From positions 3,658,001 through 3,722,000 of the forward strand of contig CDPCPM010000007.1 in assembly GCA_976551045.1 (NCBI GenBank): a stretch of 64,000 nt of DNA, read 5' to 3'. Of the stretch, positions 11,280 through 24,523 are shown in pieces; the first letter of the stretch is position 1, and each line of letters starts with the position of its first letter. The position numbers and the translations under genes were made by a program. Under the pieces are notes generated by a model, which had not been told where the DNA came from, ran no database searches, and worked only from the letters and a program-made list of their open reading frames with translations. The stretch is from Glaucostegus cemiculus. Its lineage: Eukaryota.

Positions 11280-12596
11280 GCCAAGCAAAGCAGGTGATGG
11301 GAATAATTTACTAACAGCTCACAAGATGCAAGGAACTGGTAGGCCCCTGGAGGAATATGGTAATTGCAAATAATGGGCTTGCCCTTGGTATCATCCCCAT
11401 GCTAACTAAGGTCTTAATTGAACAAATTGAAATAAGTGGCACAAGACCAACAGACAGGTCCCTTTAAGGTGTGAGATGATTGTACTTGGAAGATTATGTC
11501 AGAAGAAGCTGATCACGCACCTTGTCTTGGGTTGGTCAAGAAATGATAACTGAAGGTTTTCGTGTTCATGACGATGCTTTATCTTCAACTTAAGTGTGAC
11601 TGAAAATGCATGCTTTGTACATTTAGAGAGAGAGTTGGTGTGTAAATCTCACAGGTAAGTGATCAGGCCTCTCTCTTCCTCCTCAGGATAAAAGATTGAT
11701 TAAATAAATGTTTCTGTTTGATCTGAGAATGGGCTGTATGACTGACTGATTCCCTTGCTCCACAATCTCTGGCCTCCTTGGCAGGATTTTCCCGCTGGTT
11801 TGACACATGGCACACTCCAATCAGGACATGGATGAGAAATACCCTGAAGTATTTGATGCAAACCCACTGACTTGTTGCCCTCTTGGTGGCAGATCTGTAC
11901 CTGTGAATTCCAGTAAATAGATTGCCTGAGACAGAGTGGCTGAGGAATTGAAGGAAGTATCTCACAGCAAGTTTGATGGATAGTGAAATTCACTTTGTGT
12001 GAAAGTGCATTTGAATGTTTGCCTGGTCAATTCTTTATGTAACAGCAAGTCTTTAAAATGTGTCTGCAACCTATTTTCAGTGTCAGTCACTGTTACACTG
12101 AGAGCTGGAAGTTTTTAACCCTTTATGGTCTTGTCTGTTAAGTAGTTGATTTCTCTAAGTTTTTAAACCAAGCCTTAGAAGGATTTTTAAATTAAGACTA
12201 AAGATTAAGCTTTTAATGCAGATGCAAGCATGTAGTTTTTCAACCAATGGAATTTTTCACCCCGGAACTAAAGGTAAGATGTGAGCTTGAAATCTAAACT
12301 CTGTTAGTGTCTTGTTCTAAGTAAATGTGCTCTTAAGAATGGTATTTTAATTCAGTTACTGTAAGAAATTGCTTTTGTTTCATCCAGTCTAAATAGAATC
12401 TGTCTGACTCTTTATAAGTGAAAGAGTGTGAAATAATTTATTAATTGTAATGAAACTCTCATACCATTGCTTGAAATGCTGTCAGTGCAGTGAAACTAAC
12501 TTTTTTTAGAGGTCTTCCGTTTTGCATACCTGAGAATGGAAGTTTAATTGGGGACAAACTTTGACAAAACCTGCTAACCCAACAATGGTGTCAGTC
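11280..12596 (+). mobile_element. Possible old long LTR followed by a primer-binding site
   Basis: ...CCCAACA (ends 12584) followed by TGGTGTCAG at 12586; T-rich U5-like sequence upstream; left boundary not determined. Confidence 0.3.
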
Positions 12597-13149
12597 TAGA
12601 TATGGAGAAGAGTAAAGTCCCAGAATATGGGTTTATAATGGGACATTTCTGAGATTAAATTCAGCTACAGATATTAGCCTGAATCAAAAGTTTGTTATGA
12701 TTTATGTATTTGCAAATAGGTAATTAATTGCTTTTTCAGTGTAAAGAAAACCTCACATTACCATGATTCAGGATAACTAAGATCGGGCTCAAGAGAAGTG
12801 ATCGATATATTTGATATACATACAGGATCCCATCATGGCTGAAAGGGATCGCATGTGTACAGAGCATTTCTCCAGTGGGGTGTAAATTGATAGGGTTAGT
12901 GACAACTTGTTGACACCAGAGGGAAATTGAGAGGATGTTTTATGTGGCTCTAAACAGACTGGGTTATGAGTGTTTGAGATCTGATTTTACAATCAATCTA
13001 TGCTGCCCACAGATGAACTGATCTCCAACATACAACCTGAATATTATGTCATCATTAGAGAAACTCAGCTCTTATATGGTGGAATCAAGCAGCAGATAAA
13101 CAAGTCTAACTTCTGTTTAACACCAAAATAGGGGAAGCATCTATTATGT

Positions 13150-14095
13150 AGTTTGTACTGGATCAAGAAAGACCTTTGGTGCCAGGCATGATCTGGAGAA
13201 AAACTCAGATATCCCTGGGACCACCCATTCTTCATTTTCCAGAAGGAAATTACAGTGCCAGTCAAGAAATACACTGGGTTGATGATCTTCCAGCAGCACT
13301 TGATGTTTGTCTTGGTAAGCCTAAGAAACAAAGGACTGCAGATGCTGGAATCCAGATGAAAAACATGATAATGCTGGAGGAACTCAACAGGACAGGCAGC
13401 ATCTATGGAGAAAAGCAGATGGTCAACATTTTGGATGAGGACCCTTCTTCCGGATTGAACAACTCTGACTGCCTGCTTTTCTCCACAGATGCTGCCTGGC
13501 CTGCTGAGTTCCTCCAGCATCATCTGGTAACAGCCTGTAGATCAGAAAGTAACCTGTTACAGTTGCTGAGGGCAAATGTCGACAAGGTCCTTAATATCTG
13601 TTTCCAGACCTTCTTAGCAAACACAGTCCACATAGGGGTTGATAATCAAGCTATCTACACCACAACCATTTTGAGGGGAGCCTCTGGGAAATGAGATTCT
13701 GATCTGTCAGGGACAGCCCTTCTCACTGTCAGCCAAGAGAGGTCCTGATGCTCTTTAGTGAGACCTGGCAATCAGGAGTTATGCATTGACATTGACAATC
13801 TGCATGGGATCCATTGCATCCGTCTCCCATGGACATGCAAGACATTCCATGCTGATCACTGCCTGATGGACTTGTGGTCAAAGGTGCTTATTCTGCAAAA
13901 ATTTTTTGCGAAGGATAGATAGTATAAGAAGATCTAACTGAATGGAATATTGTGTGGTAACAAGGCCAGCCCCATCCTTTTGCATCACTGGGGCCAGGTA
14001 GAAACACAGCACAGAGTGGCACTTGGTGTTTGTGTACTTCAGTTCTACACACAGTTTGATGCAGCCACACAAAGGTGGCGATCAGGATGAGACCA
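13150..14095 (-). mobile_element. Tx1-clade LINE 3' relic, interrupted at 13321-13524
   Basis: CGCIKLCVELKYTNTKCHSVLCFYLAP, TFDHKSIRQ and TNIKCCWKIIN; same family as 34500-35478. Confidence 0.75.
13321..13524. mobile_element. Inverted-repeat form of the Penelope-derived short element
   Basis: Arms of about 50 bp (ATGCTGGAGGAACTCAACAGG..GAGAAAAGCAG and CTGCTTTTCTC..GAGTTCCTCCAGCAT) around a decayed hammerhead core; flanks TGGTAAGCCT and TGGTAACAGCCT. Confidence 0.75.
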
Positions 14096-14111
14096 ATGTT
14101 ATGTATGTTTT

Positions 14112-14532
14112 AGAACCATAAAACAATACAGGCCCTTCAGCCCACCACGTTAAACTGACCTTCAAAACCACACCTAAGACTGTCTAACCCCTTCCTCCCA
14201 TGTATCCCTCTATTTTAAATTCTTCCATGTGCTTATCTAACAACCTCTTGAACTTGACCAATCGGCCTCCACCACCACTGCCCCAGACAGCGTATTCCAT
14301 GCACCAAACACTTTCTGGGTGAGAAGCCTCCCTCTGACATCTCCCTTGAACTTTCCACCTATTACCTTAAAGCCATGCCCTCTTGTATTGCGCATTGGTG
14401 CCCTGGGGAAGAGGTGCTGGGTGTCCACTCTAACTATTTCTCTTAATATTTTGTATACCTGTCATGCCTCCCCTCATCATTCTCCTCTCCAATGAGTAAA
14501 GCCCTAGCTCCTTTAGTCTCTCCTCATAATCT
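14112..14532 (-). mobile_element. CR1 LINE 3' end
   Basis: LFPRAPMRNTRGHGFKVIGGKFKGDVRG..AWNTL. Confidence 0.85.
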
Positions 14533-14565
14533 AGCCAATCATAATAATTTAGTATATTATATAAT

Positions 14566-14858
14566 GGCAACACAGTAGTGCAGTGGTTAGCGTAACGCTA
14601 TTAATACCAGTGACCCGGGTTCAATTCCCGCCGCTGCCTGTATGGAGTTTGTATGTTCTCCCCATGTCTGTGTGGGTTTCCTCCAGGTGCTCGGGTTTCC
14701 TCCCACATTCAAAAGATTCGGGTTGGGAGCTGTGGGCATACTATGTTGGCGTTGGAAGCATGGTGACACTTGTGGGCTGCCCCCAGCACATAGTCAGTAA
14801 TGCAAAATGACTTATTTCACTGTTTTGATGTATATGTGAATAAAATAATAAATATCTA
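14566..14858 (+). mobile_element. HE1-like V-SINE
   Basis: tRNA-like head with B-box GGTTCAATTCC, V-domain core and tail shared with the other copies. Confidence 0.85.
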
Positions 14859-15041
14859 AAGTTAATTTCTGATTGACCTGAGAGTGCATTGTTTGAGTGA
14901 TTCCCTCGTTCCACAACAGAGCAATGTCCAGTCAACACAACAAAGTTAAAATTCCCTTTTTGGTAACTAAACAAGTGTTCCTGCTTTTATGTTCCTAGCT
15001 ACACTTTTTCTAAGACTGCCAGAGGAATTTCAAATTGCAAG

Positions 15042-15137
15042 TCCTGAAGAAGGGTCCTGACCTGAAATGTTGACCACCTGCTTTTCTCCATGGATGCTGC
15101 CTGGCCTACTGAGTTCCTCCAGTATCAGTGTTTTTCA
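15042..15137 (+). mobile_element. 96-bp hammerhead-motif element with TSD
   Basis: GTC-CTGAAGA-AGGGTCCTGACCT-GAAA-TGTT-GAC; flanks TTCAAATTGCAAG (15029-15041) and TTCATATTGTAAG (15138-15150). Confidence 0.7.
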
Positions 15138-18100
15138 TTCATATTGTAAGGGTTTGAGTGATGTAAGAACTAAACACAATGATGGACAGTTTGAGCAAGC
15201 ACAAGATACATCAGTAGCAAATGTACTGCTGCTACAGAAACTGGCAAGAATCCTGTTCAACACAGTCCAGTGCCCAACTATTGTATAGCTTTCAAAAATC
15301 ATCAAAACACTGACGTTCAGTGTTAGTGTGATGTGAATCCTCAGCGGGATGTAACAAAAGTAAAGCTGTAATGGAAGGATTATTAGGGAGGAGCACTGAA
15401 TTGAAGTGATGGTCTAACACTGAAGGATTTAGCCTGCTTCAGTTTATGGACAACAATTCAAACTGTAGCAAAATGCGTACACTATTTTAGATTTTATCCA
15501 ACACTTCCTTAAAATACAGTGAAATTCTCTAGCATGGGGTGAAATTAGACCACTTTAATTGGTTGCACTAACAGCATGTACTCATGCAACTGTGGGAGTT
15601 CCCTTCTATACATGTCTTGGCAAAGATTTCTTTTAACTCATGTTCCTATTGAGCTTGCTGGTCTTAGTATAGATAAGCCTATACATGTTATTACATGACT
15701 ATTGGAGCAGGCAGATTTGGTAATCAAAGGAATGGTGATGGTTAGATATTCAACCTTTCATGAGCAAGTAAACAGTAAAACTGCTGAAAACTAGATTCTA
15801 CAGATTCTGGAAATTCAGTGGCTGATAGGTCAATCTAGCAGAGAGGATGTATTACCTATTGTAGAACATGTTCCATTTCTTTCCACTGATTTCAATGGGG
15901 GGGGAAAAATGTACATGGCCTAAAATTGGAAGACTATACAGTTTATCAATGAGGAGAAAAACAATTATTTCTGTTGCTGGCTTTTTCTGCTTTTTGATTT
16001 AATTGCATGAGGTCCAATTTCCATCAAATAGCTTAGTCAAGGTATATTTTAACTGAAACTGTGACCAAGTTATTTGATCCAAGTACTTGATATCTAATAC
16101 AGTTTCAACACAAGAATAACACACAAGAGTGCAAGGTTAGCCTCAATATTTATGCAGCACAGGCAACTGATAATCCATCCTGCATTGTTTATAATGGGAC
16201 CTTGAAATAGCAGAATATGAAAATGCATCAAGTGTTCCATTGACAGAGTAACCACTGTGACTGACTAAAGAATCATGATTAGCAATGCTGGGGACCATTA
16301 TTTTTTAAATTGTGGGATTACTTGGAAAAATTGAAGCAGTTTCTTTTGTGTGTCAGTAACAAAATAATATTTGAGACAAATACTGAAGGATATCATTTTG
16401 TAGTTGGGAAGCCTCTTGCATGAGTAAAAGTAAATAAAGAACTTGAAGCATTTAATTATAAAGAAGTGACAAGCACATTTAGGCATGTCAAGTGAGAAGT
16501 GTAATAACTTTCCAGGAACACTAAGGAGTTGATAGGATAAGGTATCGTCTCCAGACACAGTTAATGACTACAGTAAAAATTGCACCCAAAGTTGCCCTCA
16601 TTTTGAAAATTATTTTGTCCCTTCCCAGGCATTCACTCAAATATATTTGCATGTTGCCAAACACAAAATCTATCATAAGCCGGGGAACTGGGCGTCTTAT
16701 TAAAATGCAATGTAGCTGAAAATAGAAACATTTCACTGCACAATGTCAATCCATCATTGGCAAATATCCTCATTTTACTGGAAGTGACTTTTAGAAAACA
16801 AGCGCAATTATTTTCTACTTTTATTGGGGCACAATTGTCAGTTTCTTGGTGGAGTTTTTAATAATGATTCAAACTTTTTAAACTATACCTTGCTGCCAAC
16901 TCAGTTTTTGGAGTGTCCTCTGTAAATGGGGCAACTTAGGGGAAACTTCCCACAGTGATTAATTTACCCAGTGAAATCAAATGGAAACTCCAGGCCTGTG
17001 ACTTTAATCATTCAGTTTGAGAGTCATGACAGGGAATGAATCAAAAGCATCTTCTCATCGTGAAAAAAAATAATAAACAAAGAGCAAGACTATCAACGGA
17101 GTCATTATTTTTTGTTTTGCGAAGGTTATGCCTCAGATTTTCCTTGCAAGGTTTTTCTTTACGTTGTGTTACGTTAATGCAAGTTGGTTACTTTTGCTGT
17201 TTTAACTGAGGCATAAATAACAATTTCCCATTATTTTCCCTTACTGTTGCTGTGGTATATGCATATGGTAGGTCAGGTTGCACGTGAGAGAGGAGTGTGA
17301 CACTGGAGGGCAAAAAAACAGGAGGGGAATTTGTAGGCAGTGAATTGTTCATCTGCTTTTGTTTGGCTGTGAATTCTGCTAGAAGCAAGAGGTGAAATCA
17401 ATATATTTCCAGAGATCCAAAAGCAAACTTTTTTTTTGATAAGTAGTTTCAAATTCAAGTAATTCTGAACAGAAATAATACATTGCTGTGAATCATAATG
17501 AGAAATTAATATTCCACTGCTTTTCTGGAAGTAGATCTGAATGATAGTTTGTTTTGCTTTACTACTGTGGCTATAAAAGAGAATTGTCTTAATGTCAAAT
17601 TTAAAAAGAGTGAAGATTTTGTAAGCCCTTTCCTTCTAGGATAAATTGATTGTGAGGACCAGCATTTTTAGCACAGAAGTAATTTCCTTTAGCTGGAGGC
17701 ACTTCATGAAATGTAAGGCACATTTATTTCCCAGGGGTCGTGTTTCATACCCACATCCTTGTTGTGGAATGATAAAGAAGCAAAAATGGCTGAAGTTGCG
17801 ACTGTGCTCATCAGTGACAAACTTGGTCTCAGCATAAATTCTGATGAATATGCAACTCTTAGGTGCTCAGCGGCAATTAATCATAGTAAAGCCCCAGTTG
17901 TTTAGTAATTTAAAACATTGATATAATGACATATAGTTGCAAGGTTTTCAGTGATAATTGTTATTTGAAATATAAAAGTAGGAGCAATTTTACAATGACT
18001 AGCTCAATTCAGCACTCCATACAAAGCACTAGATAGGCAAAAAAAAAAGTGGTCAATAGGGAAGTGAATGAAAGCAAAAGACAATTCCAATACAGCAAAG

Positions 18101-19109
18101 TTCTGATTGCTAAAAAACACGTAAATCTTAATTATAATTGCATACATGTTGAAAGGTCATTGATATTATAGCCCTGCAGCAGTCTCTTCTTCCATATTGT
18201 TTATCAACATTATTGATGCCTATGAATGTCAAAAAATTAAAACAGAAGAATTAATCTTAAAATGAAACTGCTCCAATTACCTGAATTACTTCAAACTAGG
18301 AACTTCATGGGAATTACAGGTCATTGCATAACAGAAAGAGGCCATTCGGCCCATCATTCCCGTGTCAGCCATTGGAATGAGCGACCCAATTTTGTCCTGA
18401 GCCTTTGTTAGTCTATTGTAACACAGTAAACCAAGCCTCTTCAAGTAAAAGCCCTTGTGGGTCTATTTCCACCACTCCCTTCATGTTGTGCATTCCAGAT
18501 CTTGACAATGTGTGTGCAGAAAAATATCTCATCGTTTCCATTGTAGTATTTTAAATGTATGGCCTTTGATTATTGACCCACTTATGCTAACCTAGCCTCA
18601 AAAAAAATCATTTTATATTAGGTGCCCTCTTAATCCTCTTTCCTAGAGAGGTTGAATCATTATTGAGGTTGAATCAATGAATATATTCAAGAGTGAAAAA
18701 GGTGTATATTTGGTTTATAAGGTCGTCAAAAGTAGCTGGGAACAGGTCACAGAGTGTGACTGAGGCAGACTTCTGTTCCTACTTTACAATAAGTCTGTTG
18801 TATTCTTTAAATGTTTTTCAAAGTCCATATGGGTTATATACATTAACAATATGATCATCAGTAACCCTCTGTTATTTTATTAAAATGTTCAGTAAGAATT
18901 TAAACATGCCTTTAACAAATTATGACTGGCTGCCCCTCATTTACCTTTCTTGCCCAAGACTGAATGAGCATGTTCTTGGCAATTGTGTCCAGTGCCTATT
19001 CAGGCACCACACCCATTTCCAAGGAAAATTTGAAAGATTGTAGTCAGAACTTCCACAAATGATAAGCCAGAAATCTATTCTGCCTGTGAATGATTCAACC
19101 TCGGCAGGT

Positions 19110-20030
19110 CTTTGGGATACAGCACTGAGGACCCATTGAATCTTGGTGGGCTACTTTGGCCTGGCCAATTTATTCACATACCTGGCACCAGACTCTTGAA
19201 ACAGACACTTTATTACAAGCACTGTCATGGGAGGAGATTACTAGATGGGCAGAGAAAAGGGTTCAGTGATATGCTCAAATGTTCCTCCTTCAAGTACATC
19301 TCTACCTACTCCTAGGATTACCTGGCCCATGACTGCTCAAAGTGGCCAAAACACATTCAGAATGGTGTTGAGAACCTTCAGGCCATTCACCAGGTAGAAA
19401 CGAGCTCCCCCTTCATGGACTCTCTCTATACGTCTCACTGCCTTGGTAAAGCAGCCAGCAGAATCAAAGACCCCACCCACCCTGGATGTTCTCTCTTCTC
19501 CCCTCTCCCTTTGGGTAGAAGATACATAAGCCCAAAAGCACATCGCACAAGACTCAAGCACAGCTTCTATCCCACTGTTATAAGACTATTGAACAGTTCC
19601 CTGGTATGATAAGATGGACTCTTGACCTCTCAATTTACCTCATTATGACCTTGTACTTTTTTGTCCGCCTGCATTGCACTTTCTCTATACCTGTAATACT
19701 TCATTCTGCATTCTGTTATTGTTTTACATTGAACTACCTCAATGCACTGTGTAATGAATTGCTCGGTATGAATGGTACGCCCTACATGTTTTACACTGTA
19801 CCTTGGTACATGTGAGAATAACAAACCACTTTATCAATTTACACAGAGGCCCTGCGTAAGTGACAAAAGAAGTACATCACATTTAAAAACAGCTACACCT
19901 GCCCACCCCATCGGTCACCCCCTGTTCCACCTGTGGAAGAGTCTGTGGTTCCAACATTGTTCTCACCAGCCATGTCAGAACTCTCAAAACTGAAGCAGAA
20001 TCAAGTCATCATTGATTCTGAGCAACTGCC
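19110..20030 (+). mobile_element. RTE LINE 3' relic interrupted by a Rex1 3' end
   Basis: LWPGQFIHIPGTRLLKQTLY..HGRR..GQRKGFSDMLK resembles RTE LRWxGHxxRMPDxRLPKQxLY..GQRKRFKD. Confidence 0.6.
19400..19835 (+). mobile_element. Rex1/Babar LINE 3' end
   Basis: CLGKAASRIKDPTHPGCSLFSPLPLGRRY..RLKHSFYPTVIRLLN plus UTR. Confidence 0.85.
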
Positions 20031-20357
20031 CAAGAAGAAGCTCAGCTGTAAGTGTAGGCCGTAATTTCCAGCCCTTTAAATTTTACTATGTGTTGATCCC
20101 ACTTACTGATTAAAATTCCATGGAATTGTGTTGCCTAGGTTGCACTAAACAATTGATCAGAAGGACAGAAATAAATATCTCGGGACATCTTCTACCTTGT
20201 AGCTTTCTAATTTAGTTGCTTCTCTGCAGGGAAAGCCAGTGAAATGGAGCAGTGTAGTGTCTTTTTAGCTCTGAAAACTTGGTTAAAGTCCAGTCCAAAC
20301 TATAAGAGTCCTAACTTTTACTTAGTTTGGAATTTCTACGTGAAAGAATAGACCAAA

Positions 20358-20835
20358 GAACATTGAACAGGAATATGCCCTTTGGCCCACGATGTCTGTG
20401 CGGATCAATTTAAACTAATCCTGTCTGCCTGCACATGTTCTATGTTTTTCCATTTCCTGCTTGTTTGTGTGCCTGTCTAAATGCCTCTTAAATGTTACTA
20501 CAGTATCTGCTTCCACTACCACCCCTGGCAGTGCATTCCAGACACCTACCACACTCTGTGTAAAATATTTGCCTCAAATTTCCTTTAAACTTTCCCCCTC
20601 TCAACTTAAATCCATGCCCTCTGGTATTTCACATTACCATCCTTGGGAAAACTACTCTACACTGTCTATGTATCTAATAGCTTTATATATTCAGGTTGCT
20701 TCTCGCCTCTGACACTCCAGAGAAAACAATCTAAGTTGTTCAACCTATCCTTATAGCTAATACTCTCTCTGGGCAACAGCCTATTGAATTTCTCCTGCAT
20801 CCTCTCCAAAGTCTCCACATCCTTTCTGTAATATG
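20358..20835 (-). mobile_element. CR1 LINE 3' end
   Basis: Similar to the other CR1 3' ends (CCCCTGGCAGTGCATTCCAGACACCTACCAC). Confidence 0.8.
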
Positions 20836-21059
20836 TTCTACAGTCTCAGTCCAGTACAAAATGAATGTTGAATCGTAGGCTGATATGAAACTTCACTTTG
20901 AGAGGTGCCATGTTTGCAGTTCTCACTGATACTGCTTTTTTGTAAACTAGCTACCTTTAGTTGGTCTCCTGAAAAAAAGAGATTTTTTTTGCATATTATT
21001 TATTCATAGAATGTACATGCCACAGGTTAAATTAACATTTAATGCCTCTAACTCTCAAA

Positions 21060-22650
21060 GTTCCTTAACTGGACTTCCTCCCACCTTCTTCCTCTGAGGA
21101 CACCACTCCATTCTCTCCGTTTTTCAGTCTCTCACATCTAACAATACTGCTTCCAGTATTGCTTCCTTTCTCTACATTTGAAGATTCTGCAGTCAGGATC
21201 CTTGATTATGTGGTGATTTCCTGCATGCATAAGAAGCTGCAGAGAGCAGTGAACTCAGCCCAATACATCACGGGAACATCCCTCCCCACCATCTACATGA
21301 GGTGTTGCCTCAAGAAGGCAACATCTATCATCAAAGATCCCCACCATCTGGCCCATGCTGTCTTCTCACAGCTACCATCAGGCAGGAGGTACAGAAGCCT
21401 GAAGTCTGACACCACCAGATTCAAAAACAGCTACTTCCCTTCAACCATTCGGTTCTTGAACCAACTGGCACAACCCTAATCATTACCTCAGTATAGCAAA
21501 ATTATGATCACTTTGCTCACTTTGCACTACAATGGACTTTTTTTTGCTCAAATTATGTCCTTTCTTGTAAAAATTGTAAAGTTTATGTTTAATTTATGTT
21601 TTTATTATGAATGCTGCTTATCTGTTGCTACGTACCTGTGATTCTGCTGCAAGTAAGTTTTTTGTTGCACCTGTGGATACACATACTTGTGCAGATGATG
21701 ATAAACTCGACTTTAACTTTGATTTCACCTTCATCCAATCACCCTCCACAGTTTCTGACACCCCCTCGTGATGCAACAACAAATATATTTTCCTCTCCAC
21801 TTCCATCATTCTGAAAGCACTGATCCCTCTGGGATGTTCTGCCTTACTCCTTCCCTGCATACCTATCCTCCTCTATCCAAGGCACCTTTCTGTGCAACTG
21901 CAGGAGATATAGTAACTGCCCTTTTATTTCCTTCACCCAGACAGTTCAGGGGACCAGCATTTTTTTTCCCCAGATGTTATAACGATTTATTTGTGCTTAT
22001 TTTACTTTAATATACTATGTTCCTTGCTCACATTGTATTCTGCTGCTCTTTCTACAACTTGGAGATCAAACTGTCAGCAGTGGGTTCACCAGTTTCAGAT
22101 GACGTTTCTGTTGTTCCATTTATACTTCCAGACCAATTGTTTGGTTTTTTTTTTTGTAACCATGCTCTTTTTGCTTCACACCTATGTTACTTCATATCTC
22201 ATGATTTCTATCTGATCAAAGATATTAACTTAGGAACAAAGTTGACAAAGATATTAACTAGCATAATAAGATGGACTCCTGACCTCACAATCTACCTTAT
22301 TAAAGCCTGCACTGCACTTTCTCTGTAACTGTAACACTTTATTCTGCACTCTGTTATTGTTTTCCCTTGTACCACCTCAATGCACTGTTGTAAAGAAGTG
22401 ATTTGTATGGATGGCATGCAAAACAAAGTTTTTTTTCACTGTACCTCAATGCATGTGACAATAAACCAATTTATCAATTTTCCCCTTAACTCTGCATCCA
22501 GAAACTTGAACATCTAGGTCTGATGAAAGATCAATGGATTAAAGCAATAACTGTATCTCCCTTTCCACAGAGGTTGCTGAGCCGATCAGCACCTCAGACA
22601 TTTTCTGTTTGTAACTCCAGATTTGCAGCATCTGCAGCACTTTTGGTATA
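21060..22650 (+). mobile_element. Decayed Penelope-like element with terminal hammerhead-like repeat, interrupted by two Rex1 3' ends
   Basis: Pieces resembling 4560-5120 at 21060-21200 and 21720-22200; CTGATGA at about 22520 followed by the family tail. Confidence 0.5.
21225..21722 (+). mobile_element. Rex1/Babar LINE 3' end
   Basis: KKLQRAVNSAQYITG..KKATSIIKDPHH..LPSGRRYRSLKSDTTRFKNSYFPSTIRFLN. Confidence 0.85.
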
Positions 22651-24257
22651 TTGTTGAATGATCAGTTAATCAAGTTCCATTGAACTGTGTCCTTTTACCA
22701 AACAACCTCCTGATATCCCAATGCTCATTAACAAATCATCAGCCATTCATCTACAAATTTCATTGATTAATACTAATTGCACATTTTTATCAGGCGCAAT
22801 GTAGACAGCAAGCGCATAAAGCTTTGCCTTGGAACCTTGCAAATGAGAACAAGGGTTACATTTTTCTGTGTTGAATGTGGATGGCATTTACTGTTGCTTC
22901 TCAACTGTGGAGTGTATGCTGGTGTATTGGCAGAAAGGATCAAACCAACCTGTGGTAGTGACTATCCTAAGTACAAATATATCACTGCCAGAAACATTCC
23001 CCTGTGGTTTCATTGTTTTTTTTTAAGGAACACCTGCTCTTGCCTGTGTAGGTACATAATTCTTGCTGACATGAGTTCTCACCAGCTGTCATGTAGTATT
23101 CTAATTTGCTGGAAGCCATCTCCTTATGATAAACTCTGAGTAATTACGAGGTATTAAATGCTGTCTATCATGGCTGCTTGTGATTGTTATAGTGATTTAA
23201 AGTTGGCATATGGCCTAATACTTCTACAGCAGTCACAGAAACAATATAAAGGGATGCTTCTATTGATTTTCTTTTGTATTACTAATTGGATTTGTCAATC
23301 ATTGAAAAGGTTAGAATTTATTTTCCTCCTTAATAGCTTTTGAGAAAGTGGTGATGAGCCATTTTCTTGAAGCACTGCAGTCCCATTGTGCTATTAAATG
23401 GGGATTTCCATTGCTTTGACACAATATTGTGGATTGAAGAGTTTGTCCCTGTGCTGTACTGTTCTATGTTTTATGTTAACAAGATATAAGGAGCCACCAA
23501 AGTGGTGTACTGGTCAGGATCTGTGTGCCTTGGTTGGAAAACTATATGTGGTCATATTCTTCTGAGTCTGCACTAGTGGTTGTGGTCTCAGGTTTTGAGG
23601 TGCTATTGGGCAAGCAATAGTAGGTTGCTTTAGATGACATATATGGTAACACTCATGCACAGGTGAGGATGTGACTGAATGTTTAAGGTGATGGCTGAGC
23701 TACCTTGTGTACTGCCTCACCAACACCTCCTACCTTCAGCTTCCATTGAAGTCTAGTGCTGATGCTCTTAAACTCAGTGTAAAATTTACCATATTGGGAT
23801 CATAGTTTGTTTGGGGGCCCTTACTGTGGGATTATTAGAACCACTTTATTAAACAAAAAGAATTCTCAGAGTTGTTGCCTATTTGTTTTCTGGCACATTG
23901 ATCCATGGAATTGCATTTACTCCATGAAGTGAATGCTCTGGAGATTACTTTTACAAATTTGGTTAATCCAGTCAATATGGGAAATTAAGTTCCCTATGTG
24001 AATTATATTATTGTCACCTTCGTTAGTTTTGTTTATCCTCTTAACTGTTGACTAATATTTTGTCCATTGGTAGAACTGCTTCCATCAGCACATCTATTCC
24101 TTGATACTGTTTCCAGTCACACTGATGCTAATTCTTGATCTTAAAACCAAAATTATTCCTTACTTGTTCTTGTGTTGTCCTTGATTATCAAAGTTACCTC
24201 TACTCCTACTACCCATTTTACCATTTTGTCAATTCTTTCAAAGTATTTAGCATATGG

Positions 24258-24352
24258 GTCACTGAAGAAAGGTCATTGACCTGAAACATTCACTCCATTT
24301 GCCTCTGTCCCAATAGTTCCCCATCTATGATTTCCAGCAATTTCTGTTTTCT
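24258..24352 (+). mobile_element. Hammerhead-motif short element, old copy
   Basis: CTGAAGA (24262-24268), AGGTC/GACCT stem, GAAA (24283-24286), CATT, then decayed family tail. Confidence 0.55.
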
Positions 24353-24523
24353 TAATCCTGGTGGAATCAAGTTTAACATTATCCTTCCAGAATCAGTTGT
24401 TGAAGCCTGCAATCTCCATAACCTGTGTCATCTAGATATTGATCCAATCTGAAATTAGGACCTGGAGTTTCAACAACTTCCCTCTGTTAAGGAGGCAACT
24501 TTGACTATTCCAATCTGTGGTAT

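Noticed and set aside
11875-11892. CTCF-like site TGCCCTCTTGGTGGC
   Set aside because: Needs a one-base gap to fit the core consensus.
13065-13694. Overlapping 152-aa and 172-aa ORFs on opposite strands
   Set aside because: Composite read-through of a Tx1 relic and the inverted-repeat element.
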